Assembly: GCA_035273225.1 (NCBI GenBank)
Contig: DATEPN010000602.1
Span: forward strand, 1,050 to 65,049
Source of the DNA: Acidobacteriaceae bacterium
Lineage (GTDB): Bacteria; Acidobacteriota; Terriglobia; Terriglobales; Acidobacteriaceae
Length of the DNA: 64,000 nucleotides
Reading direction: 5' to 3'
Numbering within the stretch: the first letter of the stretch is position 1; every line of letters begins with the position of its first letter. Both the position numbers and the translations under genes were made by a program. Shown here in pieces: positions 60,152-64,000 of the stretch. The notes beneath the pieces were generated by a model. The model had not been told where the DNA came from and did not search any database. It worked only from the letters and a program-made list of their open reading frames with translations.

Positions 60152-62098
60152 ATGAGCCGTACCAGCCAATCGCTTTTCCGATCCTTCGCACAGACGGCCA
60201 CCCAGGCGCTTCTTACGTGTGCTCTTTTATGTTCGGGATGTGTTCTCGCGCCGGCGCAGACTGCTGTGGCTCTGCCGAGTGTGCCCCCGAGTGTTCCCGC
60301 TGGGGCGCAGCATTTTCAGTTCATCTCTGACGGACCGACGGGTTCCGGCTGGGATCGCACCGACCGCATCGCGCGCTTCTATGCCAACGAGTGGCTGCCG
60401 GCCTTCTTTTCGCGAACCATCGTGCTGGATGGCGATATTCCGCGCAGGACGACTCTCTCCTGGATCTTCACCGGTCCGCATGCTGGATTCACGGTGCAAC
60501 TGGATGCGGCACAGGTTCGTGTTTTCCAGCGGTACTACGACTCGTATGGACTGTACGGCAGCGGCACTCCGCAGCAGGCCTATCCGGAGCGCATTGTCGC
60601 GGACACACACGTACCGTATACGGGTCATCTCCGCGACGTCACTGTCGTTCTGGATGCGCATCTGGCGCTGCAGGTCTGGCTGAACGGCATCAAAGTGGCG
60701 GAGCAGCCGTGCCTCTTCGATGTGCAGCGCCACCAGATGGAGTACAACGCACCGCGCAGCGAACATGATGTGGTCGCGGGCGACCTTTTTCCGGAGACGA
60801 CTGCGAATGCGAATGTCACCGTCGATCCCTCCCAGGCGCACCAGACGATAATCGGCTTCGGCGGAAGCCCCAGCATCCCCGCGTACGCGATGCTGAGCCC
60901 GCGCGGCAAGGAAAAGTACTGGGCCATCCTGCGCAGCTACAACCTGCTGATCGATCGCGAATATCCGATGGGAACCCGACTGAAGCCGGACATGTCCAAC
61001 CTCGACAATTTGGCCGATGCGAGCCCGCACTATTACGGCGACAACTTTCCCAATGGAGAGGTTTCGAACTTCGATTACAACCGTCACGTGCAGGAGATGG
61101 GTGGCAGCGTGATCTACGAGATGTGGGATTTGCCGCCGTGGGCCACAACGGGAGCGACGATGGCAGGTCATCACGGAGTTGCCGACCCGGAGGCCTACGC
61201 ACGCGCCATGGTGACCTACTGCCGCATGGCGCAGGAACGCACCGGCCGCCCGCCGGAGATGGTCGGCGTGCAGAACGAAGTGGAAGAGCCGACAGCAGTG
61301 GCTCTTGACATGGTGCGCGCGCTTCGCCGGCATCTGGATGAGGCGGGCTTTACAACGGTGAAGATCCATATGGCCGATGCGCCGTTCACCTGGCAGGGAG
61401 TCAAGCGCGCAGAGGCGCTGAAGAAGGATGCGGAGGTGTGGCGCTCGATCGACTATGCCGCGGTCCATGAGTACGACTATCAGGACTTCTTCAGCAATCC
61501 GGATCTATTCGACGCATACTTGACCGCGATGCACGAGGCAACTGCGGACAAGCCGTTCCTCGCCACGGAAATCTGCCTGAACAAGCCTTCGCTGCAGACC
61601 GGGTCGTACCGCGTGGCCTTCAACGTGGGGCAGCTCTATCAGAAAGATCTGACGCTGATGGATGCAGTCGGACTGCTGTACTGCTGGGTGATTCTCGATG
61701 TGGAACAGCCGAATTTCGCCGCATCGCGGTCGCTTCTGGTTCCCGATCGCGCCAACGGCAATGTGCCAGTGGCGTCGAGTTTTCAGTTGCGCGTGCTGGG
61801 GGCCTTCAGCCGCCACCTCCATCGTGGCATGCAGCGCGTTAATGTGCAGACTTCGAATCCGAATCTGCTGGCGACTGCTTTCCGCGGAGCGAACGGCGAG
61901 GCTACGGTCATCCTGCTGAACAGGTCCGACGAACCGCAGCACGTCAACGTGAACTGGAGCGGCATCGGCTGGAAAGAGATGGAGCGTGTCAGCCCGTATT
62001 TAGCCAACTCCGTGTCGGAAGTTCCAGCGCAGATCGTGATCGAGCCGGGAGAAATTATGACGCTGAGCACGGTTGTCGATGGGCCTGCGGCGCTCTGA
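60152..62098 (+). CDS. Clan GH-A glycoside hydrolase, GH30-like, with an N-terminal accessory domain
   Basis: Signal peptide from ATG 60152. IIGFGGS, acid/base VGVQNEVEEP, nucleophile LATEIC, C-terminal beta-sandwich. Confidence 0.55.
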   Translation: MSRTSQSLFRSFAQTATQALLTCALLCSGCVLAPAQTAVALPSVPPSVPAGAQHFQFISDGPTGSGWDRTDRIARFYANEWLPAFFSRTIVLDGDIPRRTTLSWIFTGPHAGFTVQLDAAQVRVFQRYYDSYGLYGSGTPQQAYPERIVADTHVPYTGHLRDVTVVLDAHLALQVWLNGIKVAEQPCLFDVQRHQMEYNAPRSEHDVVAGDLFPETTANANVTVDPSQAHQTIIGFGGSPSIPAYAMLSPRGKEKYWAILRSYNLLIDREYPMGTRLKPDMSNLDNLADASPHYYGDNFPNGEVSNFDYNRHVQEMGGSVIYEMWDLPPWATTGATMAGHHGVADPEAYARAMVTYCRMAQERTGRPPEMVGVQNEVEEPTAVALDMVRALRRHLDEAGFTTVKIHMADAPFTWQGVKRAEALKKDAEVWRSIDYAAVHEYDYQDFFSNPDLFDAYLTAMHEATADKPFLATEICLNKPSLQTGSYRVAFNVGQLYQKDLTLMDAVGLLYCWVILDVEQPNFAASRSLLVPDRANGNVPVASSFQLRVLGAFSRHLHRGMQRVNVQTSNPNLLATAFRGANGEATVILLNRSDEPQHVNVNWSGIGWKEMERVSPYLANSVSEVPAQIVIEPGEIMTLSTVVDGPAAL

Positions 62099-62111
62099 GA
62101 GAAAGAGGAAG

Positions 62112-63623
62112 ATGAATCGTCGGGAACTGATCAAGCTGGGCGCTGGTGCGGCTGTGGGATTGCCGTCTGCGCTTTCAGGGCTGGCAGCCGAGGAGCCTCA
62201 CGCATCCACAGTGGAGCAATGGGGCGTGTTCGAGGCATCGTTCGCCGGGCCCTCGAGCGGTAATCCTTTTCTTGAGACGCGTCTGACCGCGCGCTTCACG
62301 CTCCAGCATCGCACCGTTGAGGTCGCCGGCTTCTACGATGGCGAAGGCGTGTACCGGGTGCGGTTCATGCCGGACATGCAGGGAAAGTGGGAATGGGAGA
62401 CGGACGGCAACGCGCCGGAACTCCGCGGCAAACGTGGTACTTTTACCTGCATCGCGCCCTTGGCCGGCAATCACGGACTGGTAGAAGTGGCGCACCAGTA
62501 TCACTTCCAGTACGCGGACGGAACCCCCTATTTCCCCTTTGGCACCACCTGTTATTCGCTGGCGTTCCTGGGCGAGGAACTCGAGAACGAGACGCTGAAG
62601 ACGCTGGCGTCCGCTCCTTTCAATAAAGTCCGAATGTGCCTCCTGCCGAAGGGGGTCGCACACACGGAACTGTTCGCTTATCCGTTCGAACGAGACGCGA
62701 GCGGCAGGAACGATTTCCTGCGCCCGGTTCCCGCATACTTCCGCCACATTGAGCAGCGCATTCTCGAACTGCAGAAGCTTGGCATCGAGGCCGATGTGAT
62801 CCTCTTTCATCCTTACGACTCGTGGGGGTACAAAGCCATGCCGGCGGAGGCGGACGACCATTACCTGCGATACGCCATTGCGCGGCTTTCGGCATTTCGT
62901 AATGTGTGGTGGTCGATTGCGAACGAGTACGATCTGGTGAAGACCAAGACTCCTGCCGACTGGGACCGCTTCTTCCGCATCGTCGTTGCTTCCGATCCTT
63001 ATTCGCATCTGCGATCGATTCACTACAGCCGCGTCCTGTACGACTACTCAAAATCCTGGGTAACGCACGCCAGCCTGCAAAACTATGCGTTTGACAAGGC
63101 GGCGGAGTGGCGCGCTGCCTGGAACAAGCCGATCGTCTATGACGAGATTCAATATGAAGGAAACATCGCGCGGAGATGGGGCAATCTTTCGCCTGAGGAG
63201 ATGACCCGGCGCTTCTGGCTGGCGACAGTGGCCGGCGCTTATGCTACGCACGGCGAGACGTATATCAGCACGGACGGCAAGCCTGTGTGGTCAGACGGCG
63301 GGACGCTGCATGGCACAAGCCCGGCGCGCATCGGCTTCCTGCGCAGGCTGATCGAGGAGAGCACGCGCACCGGCGTGAACGAATTCGAAGGCTCGTACTA
63401 TCTCTCGGCGGGAACTCCGAATGAGTTGTATCTCTGGTACTTTGACTATCACCAGCCCGCGGAGTACGAATTTCCGCTTCCGGAGAAGGATCAGTTCCAG
63501 GCAGACCTGATCGATCCGTGGGACATGAAAGTGACACCGCTGAGCGGAACATTTTCCGGAAAGTCGAAGCTGCAACTGCCGGGGAAGCCGTATCAGGCGG
63601 TCCGCTTCCGCAAGGTCAGCTGA
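62112..63623 (+). CDS. DUF5060/DUF4038-like/DUF5605 putative glycoside hydrolase (GH140-related TIM barrel)
   Basis: Tat-like signal (NRRELIKLGAGAAVG). VEQWGVFE..F.G...GNPF.......A.F......V.V.GFYDG.G.Y.VRFMP...G.W.WET is the DUF5060 N-domain as I remember it. GAGGAAG RBS before ATG 62112. Confidence 0.65.
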   Translation: MNRRELIKLGAGAAVGLPSALSGLAAEEPHASTVEQWGVFEASFAGPSSGNPFLETRLTARFTLQHRTVEVAGFYDGEGVYRVRFMPDMQGKWEWETDGNAPELRGKRGTFTCIAPLAGNHGLVEVAHQYHFQYADGTPYFPFGTTCYSLAFLGEELENETLKTLASAPFNKVRMCLLPKGVAHTELFAYPFERDASGRNDFLRPVPAYFRHIEQRILELQKLGIEADVILFHPYDSWGYKAMPAEADDHYLRYAIARLSAFRNVWWSIANEYDLVKTKTPADWDRFFRIVVASDPYSHLRSIHYSRVLYDYSKSWVTHASLQNYAFDKAAEWRAAWNKPIVYDEIQYEGNIARRWGNLSPEEMTRRFWLATVAGAYATHGETYISTDGKPVWSDGGTLHGTSPARIGFLRRLIEESTRTGVNEFEGSYYLSAGTPNELYLWYFDYHQPAEYEFPLPEKDQFQADLIDPWDMKVTPLSGTFSGKSKLQLPGKPYQAVRFRKVS

Positions 63624-63647
63624 AACGGGAGAGCTGGAGCTGCGCTC

Positions 63648-64000
63648 CTATGGCGCGGGCGAATGCCACGCCTGAAGATGCCGCGCTTCTTCGGGGGTGA
63701 CTTCGAAGAAGCTGCCGTGCTTGCAGTGGTCGGGCAGGCTCATGCGATCGTCGATGGATTCCCAGTGACGCCAGTCGGTGCTCTCGACACCTTCGTAGCG
63801 AGCAGGCGCGCGATAGTGATCGTAATAGACGATGAACTCGTTTCCGACATGCAGCACCGACGGGCCCTCTGACCACGATTCGGTGAGCGGCGGCGCTATG
63901 TGTTCCCACGGGCCTTCCACCGTCGGCGCAGTAGCATAGCGAACTTGATACCGCAGCGGGTCCGGCGTCTGATCCTTGAATACGAGGTACCAGTTCTTCG
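63648..64000 (-). CDS. GH43-like beta-propeller glycoside hydrolase, C-terminal fragment (gene continues beyond the window)
   Basis: The frame stays open to the window edge: ...KNWYLVFKDQ..DPLRYQVRYATAPTVEGPWEH......SWSEGPSVLHVGNEF.VYYDHY, which is typical of the last blades of GH43-type propellers. Confidence 0.55.
   Translation of the reverse strand, partial: KNWYLVFKDQTPDPLRYQVRYATAPTVEGPWEHIAPPLTESWSEGPSVLHVGNEFIVYYDHYRAPARYEGVESTDWRHWESIDDRMSLPDHCKHGSFFEVTPEEARHLQAWHSPAP

Noticed and set aside
52594-61468. Antisense ORFs opposite the GH31, beta-helix, GH28 and GH30-like genes (52594-53925, 56048-57328, 59178-60071, 60227-61468).
   Set aside because: High-GC shadow ORFs with no domain signatures. 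The opposite strand is convincingly coding.
1-64000. CRISPR arrays, IS elements or transposases, integrases, toxin-antitoxin pairs, restriction-modification or other defence systems, rRNA or intact tRNA genes.
   Set aside because: I found no regularly spaced direct repeats, no DDE/tyrosine-recombinase/HNH-like translations, and no small paired ORFs of TA type. The only mobile-element trace is the tRNA-Glu fragment at 733-776.

Overview
This is a high-GC (about 60%) bacterial chromosomal segment. Its gene content points to Acidobacteriota (Terriglobia-like): a TonB receptor with an N-terminal carboxypeptidase-regulatory domain, a TIGR03118 protein, and many Tat-signal glycoside hydrolases. That assignment comes from recognising protein families, not from a database search. 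I found no rRNA, intact tRNA, CRISPR array, transposase or recognisable defence genes.

Layout:
(1) 1-776 is a stretch with poor coding signal that ends in an orphan 3' half of tRNA-Glu(UUC). It probably marks the right edge of an integrated element lying left of the window.
(2) 0.8-4.0 kb holds an alpha/beta hydrolase coupled to bdhA, and a Tat-exported AldO-like alditol oxidase.
(3) 4-27.5 kb is a split Wzx/Wzy-type exopolysaccharide locus. The left arm (minus strand) has TagA-like, priming transferase, flippase and PF14907 nucleotidyltransferase genes. The right arm (plus strand) has Wza-like, Wzz-like, O-antigen-ligase-like and GT4 genes. About 11 kb of envelope and redox genes sits between the arms: a porin-like OMP with a mono-haem cytochrome c; a TonB receptor, HprK-like kinase and MFS operon; DoxX; an ECF sigma factor; TIGR03118; and a CuA-type cupredoxin with a lipoprotein cytochrome c.
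(4) 27.5-32.4 kb is a four-gene operon: OmpR-type regulator, HAMP histidine kinase, coiled-coil porin-like OMP, and an amicyanin-like cupredoxin.
(5) 32.5-35.2 kb encodes a lipoprotein of about ten Big_2 repeats.
(6) 36-64 kb is a 28-kb CAZyme supercluster. It contains GH127, a GH78-like gene, GH95, a GH79-like gene, GH31, GH28, a GH30-like gene, a DUF5060/DUF5605 protein, GH43, a beta-helix protein, an esterase and two unassigned candidates. It also carries an AraC regulator, a GPH symporter, a PhyH dioxygenase and a TIM-barrel isomerase.

Most interesting signal: a family of TGACAWW heptamers occurs as direct repeats at exact 11-bp spacing in six promoter-proximal regions between 7.7 and 27.5 kb, including directly upstream of the response regulator. 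This suggests one regulon linking EPS genes, outer-membrane proteins, the TonB-kinase-MFS operon and four small Cu/haem proteins.

All start codons are inferred by eye. The ORF track also uses GTG/TTG starts, so starts are less certain than stops.
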